This document shows positions 35,738-49,252 of a DNA stretch of 64,000 bases, piece after piece (the stretch's first letter is position 1; every line of letters starts with the position of its first letter). Under the pieces are notes generated by a model, which had not been told where the DNA came from, did not search any database, and saw nothing but the letters and a program-made list of their open reading frames with translations. The stretch is from Nemertoderma westbladi (Eukaryota; Animalia; Xenacoelomorpha). The stretch is from assembly GCA_032718475.1 (NCBI GenBank), contig JAUCBJ010005958.1, forward strand, positions 1 to 64,000. Reading direction: 5' to 3'. The translations under genes and the position numbers were made by a program.

Positions 35738-37030
35738 ATCCAAGTTTTAGACTTGTGTTTGGTGGAGGGATGTAAAAATTCTTACTAAATTTAATTTTGG
35801 TGGTGGTGGAAATTAAAATTAAAAATTGTATTTGTACAGGATAACTCCAAAATTTAAATTTGAATTACATAATTTGTACTTTTGGTAAATAATTAAATAA
35901 TATTTCGAGGCTTAGAAGCGAAACATTTTCATATATTATATCTTTATTGTGGTTGACTGTGGTTATTAATCTTATTCTGTCTTATGTAAGACAAAGTTAT
36001 TTTATTTCCTACTGTACATAAATAGCAAAATGAACATTGTTACAGTATTACCGTAGTACAGTGCAACACAATCTGAATTACCGGTAGTGCATTAGTAGGC
36101 CTATATTTTCTATCACGAATTATGAGAAACAAATAAATACTGTAGTAATAAATCACTTCCGAATGAGAAGAATTCATCCATTTCAAAGGCTTTTCAGACA
36201 GATGTATAGCTCGAGAAAGGATGCGATGTAGTGATAGCAATCATTAGTGAGTCAGCTTACGTCGACATAGCAACGAAATGCAGCGGATTAATGGAATAAA
36301 TTAAATATATACTGTACGCCTCTACACGATAATATGGACAGCTGTGACATATCTTAACATAGTGTAGCATTCAACAGTTAATCTATTCTAATTCATAGGG
36401 AAGTGAAACCAAGACTTAGGCTGTTTGGTGTGGAAAACATTTTAAACTATCGATTGTTTCATTTAATTGGGTGGTGACAATTCAAAAACATTTGAGGGGA
36501 TTATCGACGGAAATAATTCCACAGTTAATTACTCCCGAAATAAAACTGTTACCTTTCTATTGACTTTCGTTTATTGTTTGGGTTGGAACAACGTGGATTT
36601 GACTTCCTATGTTTTTTTCATTTATAAATAAAATTATGTTAAAAATACTCTTTGTTGAGGCGTGTCAAATCGATAAAAGTAATATTTTGCTATTAATAAC
36701 TTTATTACAGTACTTAATTACATATTACATTATGACCCAAACGAAAACAGTATGTGCCATGGCAAAACTCTGAGGTTACTTGTAAGAGAGAAGATCTTAA
36801 GATAACCTACAAACTTAAAACCGAACAACCAACAACCGAAAACATTAATCGTATTAAACCCCGGGGGGGGGGGGGGGGTAAATATGAACCCCCCCGTGGT
36901 TTATTTGTTATAATTCTAAAACAAACGCAGTTGGGAATCTGAAATTTTTTGACTTTTCCTAAAAATCTATTGTTTAATATGTTATAGTACATTATGATAA
37001 TGCTCTCCATGGCGAAAAATATAGGCTCGA

Positions 37031-37074
37031 ACCCGGTACCTAGGTTTCAAACTTCCGGTTATCATCAGCCGAGT
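37031..37074 (-). ncRNA. minimal type I hammerhead ribozyme motif
   Basis: ACTCGG-CTGATGA-tAACcggaaGTTt-GAAA-CCTAGG-TA-CCGGGT: 6-bp stem I, intact core, palindromic stem III, GUA site. Confidence 0.65.
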
Positions 37075-37248
37075 GTGTGTCCTCTAAGACCACTGAGCTA
37101 CCAGGGCGGTAGAAGATTTATTCGCTATGGAGTGGGCTACGTTGTACTTTCCTATGAGTGATTGAAAAAAGGCCTAAATATGATAGCCCACTCCATAGCG
37201 AATAAATCTTCTACCGCCCTGGTTGCTCAGTTGTCTTAGAGGACTCAC

Positions 37249-37292
37249 ACTCGACTGATGATAACCGGAAGTTTGAAACCTAGGTACCGGGT
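37249..37292 (+). ncRNA. minimal type I hammerhead ribozyme motif (one stem I mismatch)
   Basis: ACTCGA-CTGATGA-TAACCGGAAGTTT-GAAA-CCTAGG-TA-CCGGGT. Confidence 0.6.
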
Positions 37293-38278
37293 TCGAGCCC
37301 CAATAGGGGCGGTTGATATTTTTCGCTATGGAGGAGCATTATCATAATGTACTATAACATATTATATTTAATTCGCCGTCACCCACCCCACAACAATTCA
37401 TTTATAAAAATCTATTGTCTTCCTAGTAGTGAAAACCGTTTTCAAAAATATTGGGTAGATTTCGAATTATCGCACCATTTTTTAACCCTACTTTTGGCAC
37501 TTTTTTGAGGCGTGTTTTGAAAATTATATTTCATTAAATATGATTTGTAACATCTCTATTTTTGATTTACACCGGTTTTTTGGTGTTAGCTATTGTATGG
37601 AATTCATATAAATTAATTTAGAAGTTTAGTTGTTTATAAGAGATTTAGATTTTTGTTCTGAATTCAATGGAATATATAATTATCGAACTAGACATCTTAA
37701 ACTTGTATTTTTCGGAAGTGGGTGCAAAATGTGGTGCTAGCACCAAATTTTGAAAACCATCAAATATATCAATTGATTGTGTCACCTTGTTTTTTGCGTT
37801 ATACGGGTTTGTGAGTGTTCTGAATTGAATGGAATCAGTAAAAATTTCCTAAGAGTTTTCAAACTTGTATTTTTCGCCGGTGGGTGAAAATTGTTGTGCC
37901 AGCACCAAATTTGAATCTGAAAATATGAATTTATAGAATCTTATAAGTGAATTTAAAATTTTGTGTTCTAACTGAAAAGTGCTGGTTACTTGTTTTTTTC
38001 ATTTTTTTCCCACGCAGAGAGGACTAAACAGCTATTTATAGTAATCATATCCTTTTTAAATATTTTCCAATGAATTTTGCGCCCCAGAAAACCTGTATTG
38101 AAAAACAATTAGCCGAAAAATGTAACTTTCAAATTTTGTGAAAATTGTGCACTACTTGTAATTTTTGTGCTGCAATATAACCACCCCAGTACATTTTTTC
38201 GAAAATGTTTTTGGTCGGATCCAGACTAGTGATACCTACGTACAAACAAAAAATCAGACGTTTTTGTAAAAATTTGTT

Positions 38279-39892
38279 GAGAAGTGGAAAAATCACTTCA
38301 GCAACTTGCTTGGGCAGCCACCAAACATCGAGGTCAGCCCTACAAGGAAAATACATGACAAGACACTACACTATCTATAGAAACAGGGGACTTCACACTT
38401 GCCGAACTCCAAAGAAGCATTAAAAGCATGTCCAATAATAAATCGAGTGGATTAGATGAAATCCCAGCGGAGGTATGGAAAACCGGAAAACCGGAAAACA
38501 GACCATTATTGAATGTTTGCAACCGGATGTTAAAAGGGGAAAAGCCAACACCAATTTGGACTAAAGGTCAACTAAAGCCTCTTCCCAAGAAAGGAGACCT
38601 CGGCATACCAACAAACTATCGTGGGATCTGTCTGCTTGTGGTAGCTGCCAAAATATACAATAAAATGATTCTATATAAGATTAGGCCTCACATAGAGAAA
38701 CTACTGCGTAAGAGCCAAACGGATTTCGACCAAGTAGATCAACAATAGCTCAGATACTTGCACTACGGAGAATGATTGAAGGAATTAAGTCAAAGAATCT
38801 CCCCGCAGTCATGACTTTTGTGGATTTCAAGAAGGCATTCGACTCCATCCATAGAGTTAAAATGCTTGAAATCCTAAGAGCTTATGGAATACCAGAAGTA
38901 ATTGTTGCTGGCATTGGATTGTTATATTGTGACACAGAAGCGCAGGTACTCTCACCAGATGGTGAAACTGAGTTTTTCTCAATCCTGGCTGGCGGACTGC
39001 AAGGTGAGACATTAGCACCATTACTATTTGTAATTGTGCTGGATTATGCGATGAGGACGGCCACAAAGGGTGAAGATCTGGGATTCCACTTAAGAATGCA
39101 GAAGCAGTATAAATCCGGCAACTACAGTCACAGACACCGACTTTGCGGATGACATCGCCCTGCTCTCTAATACGCTAGCAGATGCACAGCTTCAACTAAA
39201 TAAAGTGGAGAGGGCTGCTAAGGAGGTTGGATTGCATATAAATGCTACCAATACCGAATTCATGACCTTTAATGTTGATGGAAACCTGACAACCATTGAT
39301 AATAATCAACTAAGGAAGGTCGACGACTTCCAGTACCTTGGATCATGGATAGAGAGTAGTAAAAAGGACATAGAAGTTAGGAAAGCAAAGGCTTGGGTAG
39401 CTCTATCAAAAATGGATACCATCTGGAAATCAGATCTCACCAGGCACCTGAAGACTAAGTTATTTCAAGCCACAGTGTAAAGTGTATATTTATACGGGGG
39501 TGAGACCCGGACACTGACTAAATCACTTGAACAACGAATTGATGGTTGCTACACACGACTACTAAGGGCAGCCCTAAACATCAGCTGGAGACAACACATG
39601 ACAAACGCCGAGCTTTATGGTACAATACCACCTGTATCAACCACCATCCGTGAACGCAGATTAAGATTCAGTGGGCACTGCTGGCGAAGTAAAGACGAGG
39701 TCATACCAGATCTACTTCTCTGGCAACCAACTCATGGAAAGCGTAGCCGTGGACGACCTGCCATAACATATGTAGATCAACTTGAAAGGGATACTGAACT
39801 TGGGAGAAACGAAATTGCGACAACTATGGAGAATCGGGAAGCCTAGAAGGATCTCATTTCCACTGTCCGAGTTCGCTCGACCTAGTAGTAGT
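38279..39892 (+). mobile_element. RTE-clade LINE (family 2), 5'-truncated, frameshifted
   Basis: PLPKKGDL..NYRGI, FVDFKKAFDSI, DFADDIAL, FQYLGS, RRLRFSGHCWR, RSRGRP motifs and a (TAG)n tail. Confidence 0.9.
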
Positions 39893-41412
39893 ACATTATG
39901 ATTTACCGAGAGAAAGCCGCCCCAATATTAGATTATTACAACAACATATCCATTGGGTAAGAAAGTGGAGGAGAGCCAGCCCGTCTCTTAATTTTTTACT
40001 TTATATTACGCGATCAATTTTCACTCATCTCGTCATGAACCCAACATGTATGTAACCTTTTGTTAAATTTGTTGGCTATGCGTTTGCGGTTGTTTGGGCG
40101 GAGTGTGGTAGGCCTACACTTTTCACACTTAAATATTTTGGTTGTGAAATGTTACAGGGCATAGCTATCTGAGATATTTCATTTATATTTTATTATGAGA
40201 GGAAGAAGAACATACAACGTTATTTACTATATATGTAACAAAATAATTGTTTTCGGGTTTAACTTGGAAGCCTCCCCAAATAGTTGATATACAATTATAT
40301 TTAAAATTATTTCCATGGTCATGGTCATTCACCCGTCTTTAGTTAGAAATTTGTTTGCATGAAAGACAGTTTAGTTTAGTTTTTACTGATTTATTATCTC
40401 TTATCTGACTGGGGTAATAATAAAGGATAGGATAAATGGAAGCAAAGTGTGACAGTAACAAATATTTCCCCGTCACCCTAGCATGTCTTAAGTATATGAT
40501 ATATCAAAGGGGGAAGTTTGGATTCACTGCATAAATGCAGTTCACCAAACTTCCCCCGAATGCACACTGTAACTTCCCCCTTCCCCCAAATACCCACTGT
40601 TGAATTAATTTGAAGCGATATAATAAGTACAAAATTGTGCGAGTTTTTAATTGTGTGGTCCATTTGTTATTTGATCTCTATTTATTATTTAAAGTGCATT
40701 TAATATCACACTGGTTTTTAGAATATTATACTATACAACCTTATGTTTTATTAATTTACCCAATCGAAGCCTCATAAGGGCCGGTTATTTGTACGCATAT
40801 CCCCTAATGCGCTCAGTAAGGTTCAAACAACATATTAATATGAAAATAAAGTATCTGCAAAGAAAATAACCCAATACTATATAATTTGACCTTATTAAAA
40901 AATTTGCACTTTTGCACACTTATTTGTACAAATGCACTTTAGCAGATCGTAATGGTGGCTCTTATTTAACAAACTTATGTTTATCCTCTACCGATCTACG
41001 ATGGTGTATGATCAAGTGTCAGTCGCTAAAAGTGTCAAAAATCCAATTTAATAAATCTCGATTTGCGATTTTGGACCATATTCATGGACATTTTAAGTCA
41101 CTTTATAGACATAAAAAGTTAAACAAATGTTACGATTATAGTTAGAAATCATTCCAAACTACATTTTAATCCAAAAAATAACATTCTACGATGAATAGAA
41201 CTGGAAATAATAGTGTTTGAAATATCGAAAAAATGTCCACTATTTAAGTGCATTTTGCACTAAGTGCTCATAAGTCTTTTCCCAAGTTTTATCCTATTTC
41301 ACACACTACAATCTATTCTCTGTCCAATGAAAAAAGTTTCAGATTAAACGGCCCTGTAGAACCGAAGTTATTTATGTTTAAAAATAGTCACTCGAAAATT
41401 TCAAATTCTCTT

Positions 41413-41485
41413 GGTCACATAGTCTAGTGGTTATCAATCACGTTAATGAAACCTAAGTTCGCGGGTTCGAAATCCAATATTGACC
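41413..41485 (+). pseudogene. degenerate tRNA-like sequence
   Basis: GGTCA..TGACC acceptor ends, A box TAGTCTAGTGG, B box GGTTCGAAATCC. Anticodon arm is unpaired. Confidence 0.45.
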
Positions 41486-43954
41486 TGACCATTCTTAATT
41501 TTTTTGCAAAAAAAATTATTTTTATTTTTTCACTAAAATCGCTCTAACTTCGGTTCTGGTGGTCCAAATTCAATAAAATTGGTATATTCTTTGCCGTAAT
41601 TTTTTTCTTAATCTTTTGAGAAGGGGTTATTTTTGGCCCCAAAAAAATTAAAAAAAAGGGTCAAAATAACGCGATATTTTTCGACCCTTAAAATTCGTAA
41701 TTTTAATTATATATGTTAAGATAAAAGATAGCGGAGTTAATTTGATACTTTTTACAGGTACTTTTGGCGCAATACGCTAAATTATAATGGAATAGCGATT
41801 TGTTAAAAAAAAAATTTTTTCGTCCCTTTTTATAAATATTATATTTCACACGATCGCCTGCCGCTCCAGTTTTATAATACCTCCGGCGCTGTGATTAACG
41901 CTGTTAGATAGATAATTTAACGCACTATAAGTCTGTGTAAACAAATCTCCCGTAAGTTAAGTAGTTTTCGAGCTAGACGATTTCCCGCGAAGCAAGTTTG
42001 AAGCGCGAAATTATAATTTTGGCCCTCATTTTTTTAATTTCATCCTTGGAGCAAAACCGATAGCATATTTGAATTCCCCGTATGGATATTGACTGTATAG
42101 AATGTACCTTAACCAACTAAAGTTAAAAATAAAAAATTATTCGATAAAAACTACGTTACAAATTCTGGCCCTTTTTGGCCCCTATTGCCGACATATTTTT
42201 TGTACCCCCATTCGATAGGAACGTAGCCCCAATGGTCTTCTACGAGTTTCATAAAAGAATTAGTGGATTCCTACCCGCGTTGTCGAATTAAACATTTCGG
42301 AAATACGTTTTCCAAAAAAGACGGACAAAAACGTACAAATTTACAGCCCCTTTTTCCACCCGAAATTTTAATAAATATCTTACCCCCATTCGATACGAAG
42401 GTAGTACCACTCTTCCCCTTTCCAACCGCGTTACTTTCGTCCCCGTACGATTAATATTAGCCGAGTTATAGCGGATCCCGCAAAGTCATTTTGTCCGTTT
42501 TTTCAACTTTGACGGACATTTTCGGAAAAAAGGCGTGGTAATATTTTTTGAAAAAAAAACGAATTCACTAATTAATCCCTTCTATCGTATCCCGACGTCG
42601 GCTAAGCAATAACCTAGGGTTTTTTCGAGCCACTGTAGAGCGCCTTTCAAAAAAATTTTAAAATTGTCGAAAAAATGACGGTTTTTTGTCCGCCGTGTCC
42701 GTCGAAGGGTTAGATTTAATAATGTTAGAGTTGCTAATATCTTAGAATTCCGAGCCGCTCCCCTGGCGAGAAAATAAAAAAATTTGGTCAGTTCCTTCAT
42801 CGAAAAGTCCCCCAGAATCCCAAGTTAACCTATATAGTTAGCGATGGCCTGCGGCTTTAGGAGCGGCCGCGGTATTCACCTCCCTCATAGCGGCCGCGGC
42901 GGTGTTGCGTCAAATGGAGAAATATTTATCCCACCAAGCGTTATGAAAACTTCATAATGATGCTGAGTACAGTGATTTATAAGATAAATATGCAAAGCAT
43001 ATAATGCATCTATTTAAATCTAATTAATGGATGACATTAATTAACATAGTAAAAGACATATTATGAGATTACATTTTCTAGCTGTCATGAGTATATTTAT
43101 TAATTACATATTGCATTATGAGTTATGAATACTCAATAGCGAGAGAGAATGTTGAAATAAATTATTATACTTTATTATAAGTCAATTTATCATATTATGT
43201 CATATTATTCAGAATGATTTTGGTAGTAAAAGTAAAGGCTTGCTAAACTATGGGTCGGATTTTTTTCAAATTGATGTTAATCTGCATTCGCTTATTTTAA
43301 GCAAAATACCATCACCCTCATATCTATCATAACATTCTAGTTTACGACGATTTATGGATGAAATTCTCGAACACCTACTTAAACGATTACAATTTCAATT
43401 TTAAGAAAAAAAATTTGTGGGTCAAATGAGTCTAGTGTGGGTTCAATTGGGTCTAATTCAGTATACTCAAATTTTTACCCGCCAATCAAGCGTATTCTGT
43501 TAGATCAAATGGGTGGAGGAGTACAGTCTGACCATATATGTCCATCTATATGTCATACGAAGGAAGTGCTTCCTAGGGGCTGGAGGGGGGTGGAAATGAG
43601 GTGAGGGCTGATTTAAAAAAAATGTTTTATATGTCCGGATGCGCATTTTGCCCATTGCGGGTGTCCTCAGCCGATGGTATTTATTAAAATAAACAAATTA
43701 AAATAAAATTAAAGTAATTTATAAATAAAACATCCAAGGGTGTTAGCGGAAAGTCAGGTGCAGGCGGTAGACTTCCACCTCCCTCCAGCCCCCGAAAATC
43801 AAATTCAGTAATATTCCAAATATATTTATAACCACAATTGTATAGATATTAATTTTATCTATATAACTATAACAGCACATTGAGATGCTATTAATTAAAA
43901 TATTTAGTCACCACCATGCAATCCACAATAGGCAAGCCCAATGCAGCATGCATT

Positions 43955-44530
43955 AAGAATGCTACGCCGGCTTATCAACAAAGTTGCACCGCCACAACAC
44001 CCAATCCACCATTGCTTTCGTGAGATTATCCGCATCTTCAACGCCAGTGTCCTTTAAGGTTCGTCTCAAGAAAGTCATGGGCTGTCCACTATGGTTACTT
44101 TCTCCATGGGGCTGCCAAAGCACTACATTGTGCACAGGCTGGTCCTCAGGGCGAAAACAATGCCCTGCAAAGAGGAGGCGAGGCGTCTTTGTTGAAATGT
44201 CAAGCTTGGGGGAAGCAATGAGACACCTCCAATGATATGATTGGAGATGTGTGCAATGTACTTGACACAAAGAACCCGATTGTGAATGTGCAAATCAAGA
44301 AATTTGTTCATGCTTTTCCCTTGTATATTTGGAGGTCCTCACCTGACTTCCGGATCCATGATCCCATGTAACAGAAGTCGTCCACATGCTCAAGCATACC
44401 ATCTTTTTAGCTCATGCGCATACGCTATGAGATTTCCTGAGGACTTTCAAAGTTAATTGTCAAAATTTTGGTTTTCTTGGTGTTAACAAAATTCAATCAC
44501 TAGAAGCAGCCTTTTCTAATGAGCTGTGAG
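43955..44530 (-). mobile_element. degenerate 3' fragment of RTE family 1
   Basis: FAGHCFRPEDQPVH peptide and nucleotide similarity to 53230-53955. Confidence 0.8.
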
Positions 44531-45192
44531 CTGAGCTGTTCTCATGCTCATATCTTTCAGTTCGGGAGTAAACTGCTTGTGGTCGCAACTCCTACAAGCT
44601 TCTTCACAGTAGGTCGAAGTTGGTTGATTATCTTCCGCTGATCTTGTCAGCATGTCTAGCCGTTGGTTGATTACCTTCCACCTATCCAATGCCTACAGCC
44701 CAGCTGCCGACTATAGACGTCCTTTTGTTACACCCTAAACCAAGCGTGCCTCCTGGGTTAGGTTACCTATCACTGGTAGATTAGCATCCAGTATTGTGTC
44801 GGGATCCCGGTTGGCCTGAGATCCCGACCGATTGACTTTATGATTGTTCCATACGCGCGCGCGCTAGCTATTGGCTGGGTGGATAGACTGACTAGGCTTG
44901 GCCGTAGGCCGGTAAAATAATAGAGTTTGTTTGCTAGACGTTTCTATTAATAGGCTGTAGTAGAGTGTAGCTGTAGTGATGATAGCACACCGTATGCGGT
45001 GGAAAACTATTTCACCTCTACTACAAGGCATAAAATGCCAGCTGATTGCACAATGCATGTGACCATTAATATAAAGGGGAAAATACATTGCCCATAAGCT
45101 AACACATTACATTGGCCTCTGGACGATACAACATTCTAAACCTCCAGGTGCAGCCATCCTATTGGCTACCTTATCGGTACGAACTAAAATAC

Positions 45193-45275
45193 TGAACCAG
45201 CTGAAACCAGCTGAAACCACCTGAAACCAGCAGTAAACCACCTGAAACCAGCAGTAAATCACCTGAAACCAACTG
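45193..45275. repeat. 10-11-bp tandem repeat (CTGAAACCAG)
   Basis: About eight adjacent units. Confidence 0.85.
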
Positions 45276-45290
45276 TGAAAAACAATAATA

Positions 45291-46060
45291 TTAGTTTCTA
45301 GGGGAACTCGGCTGGGAACCAGGGATGCTACCTTATATCCTAGACACGAACTTAGATCCTGGGCTCTATCTAGTTGACGGCCTTAGATCCTTGGTGTGAT
45401 ATTACTGATTCGACCAGCGACCTTAGATCCTAGATGCGAACTTAGATCCTTACGATTGTCTCAGAACCTTACTTAGATCCGAACTTAGATCCTACACACG
45501 AACTTAGACCCTGAGAAAATAGATACGAACTTATATCTTGAGACCTGAGATACTGCAATTCTTGGCAGTTCAGCAGTTTGGCTATATTACAACAATTACG
45601 GTAGGCCTAGTACAGCAGTACGCTACAGTTCAGCAGTAGTGACATTAACCAGTCTTAGCATCTGTACTGTCTAGCATCTCTGGAATACAGGAATAGCATA
45701 TGTCTTTACAGCTGTATGTTCTGTTCTGTTCATACCCTGCATTCGTAGGCATACTACATCAGTACATTACATACAGATCAGTCTGACAGCACTGCACACT
45801 GTCTGACTGCACATACTGTAGGCTTCATACTGTAAAAATATTTAGCCATATTACAGGGTAGGGTAGGCCTACAGTATTTAATTTTTATTTAATTTAAATT
45901 TATATTTTTAGTTTCTAAGTTCGAATGCAACAATCAAGGTCGCACCTGTAGATCGCACCCAGGATTTAAATTTGCATTTAGAATCTAAGATTGCCCCCAG
46001 TTAGTGTCTAGGATGTAAGGTAGCACCCCTGGTTCCCAGCTGAGTTCCCCTAGAAACTAA
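45291..46060. mobile_element. MITE with ~57-bp TIRs and internal GAACTTAGATCCT repeats
   Basis: TTAGTTTCTAGGGGAACTCGGCTGGGAACCAGGG..CCTAGACAC at the left and its reverse complement at 46004-46060. Confidence 0.75.
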
Positions 46061-46319
46061 CACTGCTCCAACACCCACTCTTGACCAACTAAAATGATGA
46101 ATAGGCTATTCCAACTTCTGCCCAAGACCATCAGTGGCCAGAGATGGTCATGTCAGGGATGTAGAAACATAGTAAATTATCTCACCACTTACGGCAGTCA
46201 GTCTCGACACTCTCTACACAGCACTGCATGTGCTGTAAGCACATCCTGACATCTAAACCCCGGATTGTTGTAACGGAAAACATCTGACTGCTGATTAACT
46301 GCCGGCACCGCATATTTTA

Positions 46320-46910
46320 TACTGTTATTCATTGTTGTTTGGTAACATATTTAATGGATGTTTATATTTGGAGAATACGTATGAATAAATCAATAATCCC
46401 CACTAACTTTCTTTATTATTGAGGTAAGCAAGGGAACATTAGTAACAATTGCTTGGCTCAAATTCTATATGAATTTTATACTATTTCATAACCCCAACGT
46501 AAGCGAGCTAAGTTTCTCCTTATATATGAGTAAAATTGGTAACAGTCGGCAAATTAACGTGTTTCAGTATTATTGTCAGTAAAGTGAGTGTGAGCGAATA
46601 ATTACACATTCCTAAAGAATGTAAAACTGTGATGTTCCATAACCCTCCGTTGTGATTAGTATAAGTCATAACTCTGTCTGATATTTAAAGCGCAGCATCT
46701 AAAGTACTCAAAACTGTTGATATTGCCCTGAAAATAAACATAGTTTTTGGAGATTATATAGTAGAGATCAATCGAATAATGCAAAGTAGCCTACCCACTG
46801 CCACTCTCGGCTATAGAATTTTACTGTGGTCATATTTTGTGCGGGCTGTCAGACAACATAAGACACATAAATTAGCAGGTTAAACTCTAGAAGGTCTAAA
46901 AGCGCGAACA
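46320..46910 (+). repeat. diverged solo/partial LTR related to BEL/Pao copies A and B
   Basis: Ends GCAGGTTAAACTCTAGAAGGTCTAAAAGCGCGAACA like LTR A/B. Internal matches TCCTAAAGAAT, CATAACTCTGT, AACTGTTGATATT. 5' boundary uncertain. Confidence 0.75.
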
Positions 46911-47644
46911 ACAATCGATACAAATAACATCGGATTAATCACAAAAATCAAACTGTAACCGTGTCATTGACTTTAATTGATTGTTTTGGTTAGAATAACT
47001 AGCCACTACTGTAACCCACTCCTCTCCCTCAATTGATAATTTAATCATGGATTGTAATCATGGATACCGGATATTAATATACCTACAGTAGATGCGAATA
47101 GCGTCCATTTACCCCACCTGTCTCTACAACGTAAGAAGTTGTGGCATTCGAAGAACAGGAATTAAATATTTGGTGTAGAAACAAAATCTATCTAAAAGTC
47201 TAAAAAAATCTAAAAACAGAAATTTGATTTTATCGGAAAATTTTAAGCGTTTATAAATTTATTTTATCATTTACATGGTTGGGATTTTTCAACACAATAT
47301 TTGAAAAAGAATTTGTTTTCAAACCCAGACCTTATTTATCAATAATGTTATCATCTTTCATGTGTAATCATCTTTTTTTCATTATATATTAGATTATCAA
47401 GATAAATTATAAGTGATTCATGAATGAGTATTAGTCATCAAATCATCAATAATGATAAATCCTTCAAAGCTTACAAATAATTAGCTATCAAGAAATTGTT
47501 CTCTAGAGATTCATAAATTTTAGGTAACGGTGGACACAAAATGCGATATGGACGGGCAGATTGTACTGTGTAGAATTGTGTACCCTGTAGGGGGTGGTTG
47601 GGGGGGGGGGGGGGGTGGATATTGGGAAGTAGATAAGGGTTTAA

Positions 47645-49252
47645 GGGGGGGGTACACCCCCCTATGGACCTTTTTTGCAAATGGCTATAATTTCTGCTTG
47701 TGTGTAATTTTGTATATTTTATACCTTTCGGGGGATTAACATATGGCCAAAGATTGGGTTCAAAAAAAAAATTTTCAAATTTGCGTCGCCCTCTAGCGGC
47801 CACCAGCGAAATTGTTAATTTCACTAAAAACACTACTAGTCTCACAATTTTGGGCGAAAATTTTCGAAACTTGGTTTTTCTGAATCAGCATCCTCGGCTC
47901 CACAAAACTTATCGGTTACATTTTTTATTTAGGTCTTAAATATTTTTTAAATATTATTAACTAATATTAATTATTACTTAATAGATATTAACTAATTTCA
48001 AGAAATTAATATGGCACAATTCAAAATTCTAACCGATAACTTTTGATCAAAACCCGAAAAGAAATCAAACAAAAAAAAAATTTCGAAAATTGGTTAAGAA
48101 ATGGCTGAGTAGTAGTATTTTGAATGTGAAAAATACAATTCCGAGATAAACGCATTTAAAGTTTAAGAACAATATATTTCAAATGTTCCCGCTATTTTCA
48201 GTACTGGTATCTCCTTTTCTTTTCCCATTGGTTATCCCCTATCCATATTTTGTGATTTCTCAATGGATTTCATGAAATTTGGTTCAAAAAAACCCCTACC
48301 CACTTTTAACAACCTGTTAAAATAATTTTAGAGTGCTTGCCAAAAAACACTTCGCGCAGCACGTGAACAAATTACATTTTGGCGTATTGATTTGATCGCA
48401 TACTATTTCGTCATTTAGTAATAAATAGTCATGGAATAATGAGATAACCTTAAGAAACATTCAAAATTATATAAAAATTTCCACATAATTTTATAATAAG
48501 CCTTTACACAGAACATTAAGCTTTGCGCAGCACGTGAAACCTTCGCGCAGCACGTGAGACATTTGCGCAGCAGGTGAAGGTTTCACGTAGCACTTAAATT
48601 CTTCATAAAGCACGTTAATTAATCGAGCACCTCGGAAAGCTTTTTGATCAGAATGAGAAGCCTTCACGCGGCACATGAAAAGTTCATGCTGCACATGAAG
48701 ACTTCGCGCAGCACGTGAATTATTCTCAGAGCCTGCGGAATTAAAAAAAAATAAGTTTATGGTTGTTTCCCAGAATAATTATTACTAGCTATTGTTATAT
48801 GATGGTTCACATTTGTTATTACTAGTAGACAACTAGTCCATTAGACAACTGTTCAATATGTAATACAAAACTCACAAATATCTATTAAATATATATTAAT
48901 TAAAATTTGACGGACATGTTGACAGACAGACAGACATACAAACAGACAGACAAACTGAGAGACAGACTGAGATACAGACATAGTGATTAGATAATTCCAA
49001 ATATTAAAACAGACATCGACATTAAGAAAAATCCTAACAGTAAACATTTCAGATTGCTTATTTTATGCCCTTTTTAATATTTCGATGGACAGACAGACAG
49101 ACATACAGACGGAAAACCAGCCATTACTCGAGAAGTAAAAGAGATCTCGCTAAGCCGTTTCCAGATTTGAAATCCGCATTAAATTCTACTCTAGATGAAA
49201 TAAAAAAACAAAAAATGAAAATTTTGACCTGAGGGGGGGTGTACCCCCCCCC
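47645..49252. mobile_element. Kolobok-like non-autonomous DNA transposon
   Basis: TIR GGGGGGGGTACACCCCCC with TTAA on both sides (47641-47644, 49253-49256) and internal CTTCGCGCAGCACGTGA repeats. Confidence 0.75.

Larger units (their letters stand above)
36974..37404. mobile_element. short retroposed insertion with inverted duplication, tRNA-like A/B boxes and hammerhead motifs (Penelope-like/retrozyme-like)
   Basis: 14-bp TSD TAAAAATCTATTGT (36960-36973, 37405-37418), which is single in the empty paralog at about 29025. Arms 36976-37140 and 37183-37362 are reverse complements. Confidence 0.8.
36845..38278. mobile_element. second copy (opposite orientation) of the 27652-29141 piggyBac-like family, interrupted and truncated
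   Basis: Reverse-complement similarity to 27725-29141 (e.g. CACCGGTTTTTTGGTG, TTTTCGCCGGTGGGTGAAAATTGTTGTGCCAGCACC). Confidence 0.8.

Noticed and set aside
40480-42910. Long AT-rich repeat-like block with hairpins and two GCGGCCGC sites
   Set aside because: Probably a non-autonomous DNA element, but I could not define its termini or TSD.
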